64,000 bases of DNA. Source: Leptolyngbyaceae cyanobacterium. Lineage in GTDB: Bacteria; Cyanobacteriota; Cyanobacteriia; Phormidesmidales; Phormidesmidaceae. Positions 40,312-49,441 of the stretch are shown piece after piece. The notes under the pieces were generated by a model, which was not told the origin of the DNA, made no database searches, and saw only the letters and a program-made list of their open reading frames with translations. The position numbers were made by a program, and so were the translations under genes. How positions within the stretch are numbered: position 1 is the stretch's first letter; each line of letters starts with the position of its first letter. The DNA is taken from assembly GCA_965263355.1 (NCBI GenBank), contig CBDHHL010000056.1, forward strand, positions 1,408,001 through 1,472,000, written 5' to 3'.

Positions 40312-40917
40312 TTATGTCTGCAGTTGGGGCTTTATCCCCAACTGATGGGCAAGTTCTCGAGCAATAAAGATCAGCAATCTGGCAGCGTCGTCTACCTGGC
40401 CGTCGGTATCATTCCAGATTGCTTCTGCCGTTGTTTCTCGATGAATTTGAGGATTGGCTGGATTTTCAAACTGTTGGGGCATGAAGGCATTGGGTAATTG
40501 ATTCGTAATCTCCTGGGCTTTTGCGATCGCGCCATTCATGCCCTGAGCCCCCGGTGTTAGCACCAGTTCCGCACCGTAGGCATTGAGTATTGCCCGACGC
40601 TCTAAGCTCATAGTATCCGGCATCGTGAGAATTAGCCGATAGCCTCTAGCCGCAGCCACCATAGCCAGAGCAATGCCAGTGTTACCAGAGGTGGGCTCCA
40701 CCAGAACAGTTTGCTCAGGAGCAATCTTTCCGGTCGCCTCAGCCGCACGGATCATGTTGGCCCCAATTCTGTCTTTGACTGAAGCAGCCGGATTCATACC
40801 TTCCAGTTTGAGAAGGATTTGAGCCATACAGCCCTCTACTTGAGGAATCCGATTTAGCTGTACCAACGGTGTTTGACCAATTAACTGAGTGACGCCTTTA
40901 GCTACTTTCATTAACAT
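40312..40917 (-). pseudogene. cysK: Cysteine synthase A, 3'-truncated and fused to an unrelated tail
   Basis: [33 protein letters not shown]; similarity ends at DGQVD, before the GTGGT motif. Confidence 0.88.
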
Positions 40918-41004
40918 TTCTCCTGTCAACTATATTAACTCCTTGATGGTATGTTCGGAGGGTTAATCAAACTGTTTACGGACAACAATATTATATAATG
41001 CCAG

Positions 41005-41120
41005 TCAGGTTGCTAGGGCTGGAAAGTCGGCTGCGAGAAATTCTAGCCAGTCAGCAATCCGTTGATCTGTTTTATCACTTTCATTGACCTCATCAAGGGG
41101 CAGGCCAACAAATTTCCATC
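41005..41120 (-). pseudogene. Flavodoxin 3' remnant
   Basis: KFVGLPLDEVNESDKTDQRIADW matches the long-chain flavodoxin C-terminus; preceded by AIRDG after a one-base frameshift. Confidence 0.75.
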
Positions 41121-41369
41121 TCGAATAGCCGTAGACTTTCAGCGGCATTAGAATGGATGGTGGGTCGGCTAACGATGGAGTTAGCGGTGGCAAAAAAAAG
41201 CTTCAGACTTGTGGCATCTGAGCGGAAACGAACCACAAATAGTGTACATGGCTATAAGCGTTCTCCCAACCTAGTCAAAGGGCTGGTAGTTGAGCGTCCA
41301 GAGCAGGTGTGGGTCGGTGATATCACGTATATTCGATTGAAGGACGAATTTGTTTATTTAGCCGTGTTA

Positions 41370-41467
41370 ATGGATGTGTTTACCCGCAGTATTCGAGGCC
41401 AGAGCACTTGGATAGAACGATGGATGTGTTTACCCGCAGTATTCGAGGCCAGCACTTGGATAGAACG
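41370..41467 (+). repeat. 50/48-bp tandem duplication frameshifting the transposase
   Basis: atggatgtgtttacccgcagtattcgaggccag(ag)cacttggatagaacg x2. Confidence 0.9.
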
Positions 41468-41606
41468 ATAGAGAAACAGTTAACGATAACAGAGTTGAAG
41501 AAAGGCCTGAAGCGTTATATTCCAGAGATTCATCATTCAGACCAAGGTGCGCAATATGCAGCCAATGTGTATGTTCAGATATTGGAGGAGAATGAGATAG
41601 CGATTA

Positions 41607-41769
41607 AGTAGATGAGCACAATTAATTTCAAAATTCTGGAAGCCCCCTAAGCCCCCCAACCCTGGGGGACTTTGAGTTCCGAAGCCCCCAGGATTAGGGA
41701 TTGGGGGCCTTTTCAAAAGTGTCATCCTTGAAAAGTTCTTGTGTAAGTTATTTTGCCTACCTACCTACT
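41607..41769. mobile_element. 163-bp MITE with AGTAG termini and TA duplication inside the IS3 transposase
   Basis: TA-agtagatg...cctacctact-TA; removing it restores ATT AGT ATG (IAISMAG). Confidence 0.85.
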
Positions 41770-42086
41770 TAGTATGGCGGGTGTAGGTAAAACTTATGAG
41801 AATGGCTACGCCGAACGTCTCATGAGAACAATTAAAGAAGAGGAGGTTGACTTATCGGACTATCGCAACTTCAATGAAGTGCATGAGAGAACAGAAGAGT
41901 TTTCAGACAAGGTATATATGAAGAAGAGAGTTCACTCTTCACTGGGCTATTTAACACCTAGTGAATTTGAAGAAAAGTGGAGGAAGAAACCCTGTAGCAT
42001 CTTAGATTGATACAGGTCAGTCTAGACTTGCTGTCAACTGATTTTACTGCCCAATATTAGGGGTTCACTTCACATGGACTGTAGTC

Positions 42087-42455
42087 CTACAAGCGCTCAT
42101 CCACTCGCATATCAAATGGCTCTTCTGATGATGATGGGGGATACACCCTAATTTTTGCCTGAGGACTAAACTGGGACAACCGTTCAGCAAAAGTTGTCAT
42201 ACGGTTTAGAATACGCCAGTTCTTTGACCGATCAGGAGAATAAATCACCAACGTCAGCACCTCGGAAATGTGGATACTCCACTCACACTCCACTAACAAA
42301 GATTGAGCCAGACCATCACAAGCTTCAAAAAAATATCGACTAATGGATATCTCCAACTGTCGTTTCAGCTCTAAATCTAGATCTGTTGTGGCTGATGGAG
42401 GTAAATCTTCGGGAGAATGTAAATCAGGCATAACCATTTCAAGTCTATATTGCAC
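42087..42455 (-). CDS. Hypothetical protein
   Basis: 122-aa ORF with globular composition and no competing gene; alternative ATG at 42437. Confidence 0.6.
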   Translation of the reverse strand: MQYRLEMVMPDLHSPEDLPPSATTDLDLELKRQLEISISRYFFEACDGLAQSLLVECEWSIHISEVLTLVIYSPDRSKNWRILNRMTTFAERLSQFSPQAKIRVYPPSSSEEPFDMRVDERL

Positions 42456-42967
42456 ACTCTCTATACTCTATTACCTGAGATCCACACCAAATATTCTGTA
42501 TCAGTCAACACTAAACCTAAAAAGAAAGGCTGATTCTACGTAACAAAATACAAACAAATACAGATTTTTTCTGTCGTAAATAACAGCACTGAAACAAGTT
42601 TAGAAAACCACGATATCACCTCACTAAGTTGTAATCTTGGCAACATAATCCCGGTTTTTATGGTTAATCCTGAACACAAGTTCGAATAAAACCTGAAGAA
42701 AAGATTAAATCATATCGAGTAACATAAAATACAAATAGCTAGATTGTTATTTCTAGTAATGTGATCTTGCAATAATTTATTAACCAATAATTTTGGCAAC
42801 CTTAGTTTTGAGGAATCACCGTCAACCTTGTCCTGTAGTCTGTTCTAGAAAATCTTTTGTTGACTAAAAATCTCTGCTCATTTTTATGAGAGCCAGAGAG
42901 TTTTTTAACCAAATTTACCCCCCTGATGTTTTTTTGCCTATCAGCACAGGATAGGCTCATATTGCCT

Positions 42968-43068
42968 ATGGCTTACACTATCAAAAACGGTTGCATCTCT
43001 TGCGATAGCTGTCGGCCCAATGTCCAACTGATGCCATTAAACCTCAGGTTGAATGGGAGGGATACTAG
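42968..43068 (+). pseudogene. 5' remnant of a 4Fe-4S ferredoxin-domain protein (PatB/CnfR-like)
   Basis: MAYTIKNGCISCDSCRP-[1-nt deletion]-CPTDAIKP...GY*; restoring one base gives CxxCxxCxxxCP. Confidence 0.7.
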
Positions 43069-43097
43069 CCAGTATTATGCTCAAGCGCGATCGCTAA

Positions 43098-44645
43098 CTA
43101 CTGCAGTCGCCCAGTTAAGTGCTCACCTACCCGCAACGCATTAGCCATAACCGTTAACGCCGGACTGACGCTGGCACAGGACGGGAAGAAGCTACTGTCC
43201 ACCACATAGAGATTGTCAATTCCATGGGTGCGACAGTTAACATCTAATACTGAGGTGGCCGGATCGTTGCCCATGCGACAGGTACCACACTGGTACCCCA
43301 CCACTTGAATCGGTGATTCTCCGCGAGGATACAGCGAGCCAGATCGCAACCCAATGCCGTTTTTTTCCATATCTCTCAGTACTCCCATCCACTGGTACAC
43401 CAGCCGATCGTGGGCTTCCAAATTATTAGGTGTAAATTCATAGCGAAGCTTTTTACGCTTGAGACCAAAGTGAGTGTCCCTTCGCCAGTAAATGCGATTG
43501 TTAGGGTCCGGTAAGGTGCCTGTGTGAGCCCACCAACCGATGGAGCGCTTTACTAGCTGCTGTAGCCCTGCCCCTGGTAGTACACGGGCAATGACTGACA
43601 AAATAGGCGGTGACTCAGCAAACACTAAATCCTGCAGGAGACCGCCACTGTTTTCAATGTGACCCATGGGGTAGGGATAATCGCCATGGCCCCAATAAAA
43701 GTCATTCACACTGACGCTGGGGGGAAACGTGCCTTTGATATTGGCTTCTACACGTTCCACAATCACAGTCATCAGGTGTTTCATCAAGTTGCGCCCCAGC
43801 ATGCCTGATTGATTGGCCAGGCCATCGGGATGCTTTTCATTGGCAGAATCTAGCATTAACGCGGCTGAATTGACCGCACCGCAGGAAAGCACCACAACAT
43901 GGCTAGTGAACATAACCGTTTGGCTGCTATGTTCGTTGCCGATTTCCGCCTGCACTCCCTTGATTTCTCCGCCAGAGGAACTGGTGTGGAGGGCAACCAC
44001 CTTGGCATTGGTTTTGATTGTCACATTGGTGTACTTCAGGGCCACGTCAATGCCAAAGACTTCCGCATCCCCGGTGGGGTCGTCCCGACGCTGGGTCAAA
44101 CTCACGGGCAGGGTGGTCGGGTGCAAACCTGTTGCCGAGATTTTCTCCACAATGGGCCGCATCACCGGAGGATGGGTGGATGCTCCATGGGGATAGGCAG
44201 CACTGCGGGGCGGTTCGGTGGGGTCATTTTGCTGATCGCCGTGTACCTGGTAAAGCTGTTCAGCCGCAGTATAGTAGGGTTCAAAGTCAGCATATTTTAC
44301 CGGCCATTCTGGGGTAATACCATCCTGGTAGGTGACTGCGTCAAAATCGCGATCGCGCATCCTCATCAAAGACGCCCGATAAATTTTAGTATTGCCCCCC
44401 ACCGCATAATTAACCTGGGGAGAGAACGGTTCTCCAGCCTCGTCGTACCACTGTTCTGGCGAGCGGTAGCGATTTATTTTATAAACATCAATATTGGCGC
44501 GATTCTGGTCTTCTAGGGTCATGCGATCTCCCCGTTCCAAGACCAGAATCCGTTTGCCTGTAGGTGCCAGACTCTGGGCCAGTGTGCCACCCCCAGCACC
44601 AGAGCCAACAATAATCACATCGTAGTGTTGATCGTCAATAATCAT
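43098..44645 (-). CDS. GMC-family flavoprotein oxidoreductase
   Basis: YDVIIVGSGAGG, VGGNT, GTCRMG, NLYVVDSSFFP, LTVMANALRV. Confidence 0.93.
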   Translation of the reverse strand: MIIDDQHYDVIIVGSGAGGGTLAQSLAPTGKRILVLERGDRMTLEDQNRANIDVYKINRYRSPEQWYDEAGEPFSPQVNYAVGGNTKIYRASLMRMRDRDFDAVTYQDGITPEWPVKYADFEPYYTAAEQLYQVHGDQQNDPTEPPRSAAYPHGASTHPPVMRPIVEKISATGLHPTTLPVSLTQRRDDPTGDAEVFGIDVALKYTNVTIKTNAKVVALHTSSSGGEIKGVQAEIGNEHSSQTVMFTSHVVVLSCGAVNSAALMLDSANEKHPDGLANQSGMLGRNLMKHLMTVIVERVEANIKGTFPPSVSVNDFYWGHGDYPYPMGHIENSGGLLQDLVFAESPPILSVIARVLPGAGLQQLVKRSIGWWAHTGTLPDPNNRIYWRRDTHFGLKRKKLRYEFTPNNLEAHDRLVYQWMGVLRDMEKNGIGLRSGSLYPRGESPIQVVGYQCGTCRMGNDPATSVLDVNCRTHGIDNLYVVDSSFFPSCASVSPALTVMANALRVGEHLTGRLQ

Positions 44646-44661
44646 TGCTCGCTATGCACCT

Positions 44662-45261
44662 TTATTTCCAAACGTAAATTAAAACAAACAAGATAATCCA
44701 AATTACATCGACAAAGTGCCAAAACAGTGATGTGGCGGCAACACCGTATTCACCACCTTGGTAGTTGTTAGGGATAAAGGAACGGCTCAACATAATGCCC
44801 TGGAGCAGCACCCCAGTCAAAACATGCAGTCCATGAAAACCAGTCAACAGATAAAAAGTGCCGCCAAATACCCCCGACGTAAACCCAAAGGGTAGGCTCA
44901 TCCATTCCACGGCCTGACCATAGAGAAAAAAGCTGCCCATGGCCATGGTCAACAACCAAAATGCCCGAAATCCCCAAAGGTTTTCCCGATGTAAAAAACG
45001 TTCTGCAATATAAATAACAAAGCTACTGGAAACCAGAACAACGGTATTGATAAATGGATCTCGAATTTCCAAGCCATCCATCCCCGCCGGTAACCAGTCG
45101 GTCACACTAGTCTTGTAGACGATATAGCCCACAAAAAAGCTCAAAAAGATGACACTTTCAGACATTAAGAAAATAATAAAACCAAACATGCGATGGTCTT
45201 CTTCTTCGTGTCCGTGGACGACCTGGGTATTCACCGTGGGGTCAAGATTAACTGTGCTCAC
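44662..45261 (-). CDS. ctaE: Heme-copper oxidase subunit III (ARTO type)
   Basis: FLMSE, NT.VLV.SS, TGFHGLHV, FWHFVDVIW; GTG start after AAGGAG. Confidence 0.92.
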   Translation of the reverse strand: MSTVNLDPTVNTQVVHGHEEEDHRMFGFIIFLMSESVIFLSFFVGYIVYKTSVTDWLPAGMDGLEIRDPFINTVVLVSSSFVIYIAERFLHRENLWGFRAFWLLTMAMGSFFLYGQAVEWMSLPFGFTSGVFGGTFYLLTGFHGLHVLTGVLLQGIMLSRSFIPNNYQGGEYGVAATSLFWHFVDVIWIILFVLIYVWK

Positions 45262-46930
45262 TGGCCAACTCCTTTGTTGGATCGTTTTCAACTAAGGGCT
45301 CATTGCTGCCGTAGCCATAGGGGGCCGACACAACAACCGGAATCTCCTCAAAATTTTCATGGGGTGGTGGCGAAGAGACCAACCATTCTAACCCAATAGC
45401 CCGCCAGGGATTGTTTCCAGCGGCCTTTCCCTGGCTCCAGGCACTCAGCATATTGAGAATAAAGGGCAGTGTAGACACACCCAGTAAAAATCCACCTAGA
45501 CTGGCAATCACATTCCAAAAAGCAAACTCTGGATCGTAGGATGCTACCCGGCGAGGCATGCCCTGTAAACCAAGGGGATGCATGGGTAAAAAGATCAGAT
45601 TGGCCCCCACAAATGTCAAGAAGAAGTGTAATTTCCCAAGACCCTCGTAGTACATCCGTCCAGTCATTTTAGGGAACCAGTGGTAAATGGCCGCATAAAA
45701 ACCTAAAACAACGGCTCCATTGATGACATAGTGAAAGTGTCCTACCACAAAGTAGGTATTGTTGACGTGAATATCAAAGGGGGCCGAGGCCAGCATAATC
45801 CCTGTAATACCGGCGAACAAAAACATTGAAAGTCCGCCTAACCCAAACAACATAGCGGTGGTCAGACGCAGTTTCCCGCCCCAAATCGTAGCCACCCAGG
45901 CAAATACTTTAATCCCGGTGGGCACTGAGATTGCCATGGTGGTAAACATAAACAACATTCGCATCCAACCGGGAGTACCGCTGGCAAACATGTGGTGTAC
46001 CCACACAATCAGGCTGAGTCCGGTAATAATCAGAGACGATACGGCAACAACTTTATAACCAAATAGGGGCTTGCGGGCATAGACCGGAAATACCTCTGAG
46101 AAGACGCCAAAAATAGGCAAGATAATGACATAGACTGCCGGGTGAGAGTAAAACCAAAAGAAGTGCTGATAGAGGACAGGATCACCCCCGCGAGAGGGTT
46201 CAAAAAAGCTAGTACCAACAGTCAGATCCAATAGCAACATCACAGCCCCTGCAGTCAAAGCAGGTAACCCCACCAGCTGAATTATCTGGGCTGACAGGAC
46301 AGTCCAGCAAAATGCGGGCATCTTAAACCAGCCCATGCCCGGTGCTCGCATTCTAAAAATGGTGGTAACAATATTGACCGCCCCCATAATAGAAGAAATC
46401 CCTGATAGGGCAACGGCCAATATCCAGAGGGATTGGCCGTTAATTAGATTACCAGTAGGGTTTTGTAAACTCACGGGTGGATAGGCCCACCAGCCAGATT
46501 GCGAGGGACCGCCCGGCACAAAGAAACTAACGGTGAGGATTACTCCAAAGACCGGCACCAGCCAAAACGCAGCAGCGTTTAACCGAGGAAAGGCCATATC
46601 CCGTGCCCCAATCATTAACGGCACTAGATAGTTGGCTAAGCCGTTGAGCATGGGAAAAGTCCACATAAACAGCATCAGAGTGCCATGCATGGTGAACAAA
46701 CCGTTGTATACCGTGCGATCAACCAGGTCCGCATCGGGGGTAATTAACTCTCCCCGCATCACCATGGCCAATAATCCTCCAAACAAGAAGAAGATAAAGG
46801 CCGTGACAATGTACTGAATGCCAATTACCTTATGGTCGGTGCTAAAGCTAAAAAATCTGCGCCAGTTATCTGGGGCTCCTGGCTGGGGTTGGAGGCTGTT
46901 GGGCATGACCTCCAGGGATGCATTACTCAT
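45248..46930 (-). CDS. ctaD: Heme-copper oxidase subunit I
   Basis: TMHG, FWFYSHPAVY, WVHHM, GHFHY, GMPRR. Confidence 0.96.
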   Translation of the reverse strand: MSNASLEVMPNSLQPQPGAPDNWRRFFSFSTDHKVIGIQYIVTAFIFFLFGGLLAMVMRGELITPDADLVDRTVYNGLFTMHGTLMLFMWTFPMLNGLANYLVPLMIGARDMAFPRLNAAAFWLVPVFGVILTVSFFVPGGPSQSGWWAYPPVSLQNPTGNLINGQSLWILAVALSGISSIMGAVNIVTTIFRMRAPGMGWFKMPAFCWTVLSAQIIQLVGLPALTAGAVMLLLDLTVGTSFFEPSRGGDPVLYQHFFWFYSHPAVYVIILPIFGVFSEVFPVYARKPLFGYKVVAVSSLIITGLSLIVWVHHMFASGTPGWMRMLFMFTTMAISVPTGIKVFAWVATIWGGKLRLTTAMLFGLGGLSMFLFAGITGIMLASAPFDIHVNNTYFVVGHFHYVINGAVVLGFYAAIYHWFPKMTGRMYYEGLGKLHFFLTFVGANLIFLPMHPLGLQGMPRRVASYDPEFAFWNVIASLGGFLLGVSTLPFILNMLSAWSQGKAAGNNPWRAIGLEWLVSSPPPHENFEEIPVVVSAPYGYGSNEPLVENDPTKELASEHS

Positions 46931-47849
46931 GGAAATCGTCCTCTGAACTGGCGTAATTGACAATCGGTGCGGGGGCTGGCTTAACGGTATCCCAACCTAA
47001 ACCCATGGGATTTTGTGTTGTGCGGTTAAACTCTTCAGCGGCCACGTTTTGGGCTGGTGCCAGGGGCATGGTAGCCACCTGAGTTAGCCACTGCTGGTAG
47101 GCTTCTGCAGATTCGACAACCACATTGGTTTGATTGGCAGCAAAGTAGGTGCCACTGTATTCAGAATCTCGTAGTCGATAACGCCCTTCGCGAATGGGGG
47201 TAAATTCAAATCCTATTTCTCGACCAGGGACCACATCCTGTTTGATGCGAAAGGCCGGAACAAAAAAACCGTGGAGAACATCTTCTGACGATAACAATAA
47301 TCGGGCTCTCTGATTAACCGGTAAATGTAGCTCGGTGGTGTGAATCTCCTGTTCAGGATAGTAAAATTCCCATGCCCATTGGCGGGCATAGACATTAATA
47401 GGCCGCTCACTGGTTTCAACAGCATCAACAGCCTGATCCATAGGCACTGCCTCAGCAACAGCCATACCCATGGCCTTGGGGGCCATCGCGCCCAAAATAC
47501 TCATACGATCGTAGGTCTGGTAGCTAACGGTGGCAATCCAGATCACCAGCAAAACAGGAATGGCGGTCCAGACAACTTCTAGGGTGACATTCCCCTCAAT
47601 CGGCGGACCGTCACTGGCATCATACTTGGCTGCGCGCTGGAAGAGAATGGCGTATAGCAGCGTACCCATCACCCCTAAAAAGATGAAGCTACCTAAGGTG
47701 GTCATAAAGCTGAAAAGATTGTCCACCAGCACTGATTCGGCTGATGCCTGGGGTGGCATCCAGTTGTAGGCTTGCTGACCCACCCAGAGACTGATCAAGA
47801 GATCGGCAATGGCTAATCCCACTAAAACTAAAATCGTACGTCGATTCAT
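46923..47849 (-). CDS. ctaC: Heme-copper oxidase subunit II lacking CuA ligands (ARTO type)
   Basis: LEVVWTAIP, QWAWEFYY, DVLHGF; RDSEYSGTYFAAN replaces CxExCGxxHxxM. Confidence 0.92.
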   Translation of the reverse strand: MNRRTILVLVGLAIADLLISLWVGQQAYNWMPPQASAESVLVDNLFSFMTTLGSFIFLGVMGTLLYAILFQRAAKYDASDGPPIEGNVTLEVVWTAIPVLLVIWIATVSYQTYDRMSILGAMAPKAMGMAVAEAVPMDQAVDAVETSERPINVYARQWAWEFYYPEQEIHTTELHLPVNQRARLLLSSEDVLHGFFVPAFRIKQDVVPGREIGFEFTPIREGRYRLRDSEYSGTYFAANQTNVVVESAEAYQQWLTQVATMPLAPAQNVAAEEFNRTTQNPMGLGWDTVKPAPAPIVNYASSEDDFHE

Positions 47850-47872
47850 AGATAGAGTCTTGTCTACTACGT

Positions 47873-48508
47873 TTATTTGATAGGGATAGTGAGCTGAGTA
47901 TTGGGATTGAGTCCAGCTCGAAGTAGCCGATCTGCACTGATGTGCAATCCAAAATCGGCCCCCAGATGAGCGCCTAATGTACCGTGAACAAACATTAATA
48001 CAAAGATGCCAAGGCCAACGATAAGATAGCTCCAATCCACCTGACGGGCCCGGTCCTGTCGCCAGACATAACGCTGAAATCCTCTCCAGACGGTCATGGC
48101 GACAATTAGCGCTAAAATAAGCACACCGCCAACACCGTGCAATACCATGGTGTCTAATGCACCTAACCCCCAAGGGCTAACGATATCTGCCGGTGGGTCG
48201 GCTGAGAGAATTTCGTAAAATCCAGCGGCAACGGTAAAAAAGGTAACAATGGCTGCAGCGACCATATTGTACCAGCCGACATCATACAGACTAGAGCTGG
48301 TGGCTGGAATAGCCAGGAACTTAAAGACGGCTTTTTCTAGGGGAAAGAGAGCGGCTACGATATCAAATGCGATCGCAACAATAAACAACCCCAACGTCAG
48401 ATGCACTAAGTTGGGATGAATAGGCAATCCATAGGGCAGTCCATTCACCCCTCCTGCCAAAATTGGTGTAGGGGAGAGTGCGTCAATCAATAATAGACCA
48501 TGGCTCAT
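47873..48508 (-). CDS. DUF2231 family membrane protein
   Basis: IHPNLVHLTLG, four TMs, His in later helices; ATGA overlap with the upstream gene. Confidence 0.85.
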   Translation of the reverse strand: MSHGLLLIDALSPTPILAGGVNGLPYGLPIHPNLVHLTLGLFIVAIAFDIVAALFPLEKAVFKFLAIPATSSSLYDVGWYNMVAAAIVTFFTVAAGFYEILSADPPADIVSPWGLGALDTMVLHGVGGVLILALIVAMTVWRGFQRYVWRQDRARQVDWSYLIVGLGIFVLMFVHGTLGAHLGADFGLHISADRLLRAGLNPNTQLTIPIK

Positions 48509-49008
48509 TGCAGTAGACCTCCTCGAGCCGCCTCAACGACAGCCTCGGTATGTAGGCCATAAACCCAAACCAGCTTGTCACCCAGATAGACCTGGAACAA
48601 AACAATGGCGGTCAGAAAAACGTTCATGCCCAGATAGGCAACGGGCAATGTTTCTGCGTTACGCAGTCGGATGATATAGCGCCAGCCAGTAATGGCCGCC
48701 AAAATACCCGATAGGGACCAGCCCAACAGCGTATGCAGGTTCAGGTCATTGGCAGCTGTCGTGTACGGGGTGGCTAAGCCAGCCTCAATTTGGCCAAAAA
48801 TAACCGCAATAAAGATGGAAATCGTGGCAAACATCATATTCCACCAGCCCACCTCATACAGACGGGTATTTTTGGTGAAATAGCCGATAAAATCGCAAAT
48901 AACAGCAAACAAAACCATAGCGATCACAAAATGTACCACGATGGGATGAATCGTATCGGGATAGGGCAAATTGTGATTGTTAAGGGGGGGTAAGACGTCT
49001 TGAAACAC
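48505..49008 (-). CDS. DUF2231 family membrane protein
   Basis: IHPIVVHFVIA, LNLH..LG, LG..LV..YG. Confidence 0.85.
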   Translation of the reverse strand: MFQDVLPPLNNHNLPYPDTIHPIVVHFVIAMVLFAVICDFIGYFTKNTRLYEVGWWNMMFATISIFIAVIFGQIEAGLATPYTTAANDLNLHTLLGWSLSGILAAITGWRYIIRLRNAETLPVAYLGMNVFLTAIVLFQVYLGDKLVWVYGLHTEAVVEAARGGLLQ

Positions 49009-49086
49009 TGGTTGCCTCTAAGAACAAAAACTAAAGCAGCGACAGTTATAGACCTTTCTCTCTAACTAAAATAAAGAATGTCTATC

Positions 49087-49159
49087 TAAACCTTATCCAC
49101 GTCCAGAACTGGAATTTTGCCGTTAAGGAAACTATGGGTTTCAACTTGGACGTGGTTTA
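49087..49159 (+). mobile_element. ~70-bp MITE-like repeat, copy D
   Basis: cTA-aaccttatccacgtccag...cttggacgtggtt-TAg; reconstructed target CTAG. Confidence 0.75.
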
Positions 49160-49271
49160 GAGCTATCCTCATATATCTATTACGGCTTAGTTTTTTCCAA
49201 CTAAGCCCAAACTTTTAACTCGCTTTCATATTCTGGCAGTTTTTTCTTAAATCCAACGGGGCTTTGTAGTA

Positions 49272-49326
49272 ATGCCCTTGGGAACCTGAGGGAAAAGACT
49301 AAACTTACCAAATGTAAAAAAATGCT
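49272..49326 (-). promoter_or_regulatory. Upstream motif shared with the xfp operon (SigF-like)
   Basis: Minus strand AGCATTTTTTTAC-N4-GGTAAGT; aligns with 53692-53745. Confidence 0.55.
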
Positions 49327-49441
49327 CACCGTCAGCAAGCTAGACACTTCTTAAAAAAAGATTAAAGGTTCAAGAATTCGCTCTCCTCTGCCGACTGTTA
49401 TCTCTAACCTTTAAAGATCCTAATGTTGTAGACCATGTGCG

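Larger units (their letters stand above)
41157..42072 (+). mobile_element. Degraded IS3-family element (5'-truncated OrfB plus right end)
   Basis: W.GDITYI, D.FTR.I.G, HHSDQG.QY, EN.YAER, R.HSSLGYLTP; right end tgcccaatattaggggttcacttca; left boundary approximate. Confidence 0.9.

Noticed and set aside
41370..41467. Repeat pair as a CRISPR array
   Set aside because: Only two adjacent copies with no spacer, inside transposase coding sequence; no cas genes in the window
47850..48173. N-terminal extension of ctaC in the ORF track
   Set aside because: Overlaps the DUF2231 gene in another frame; the likely start is ATG 47849
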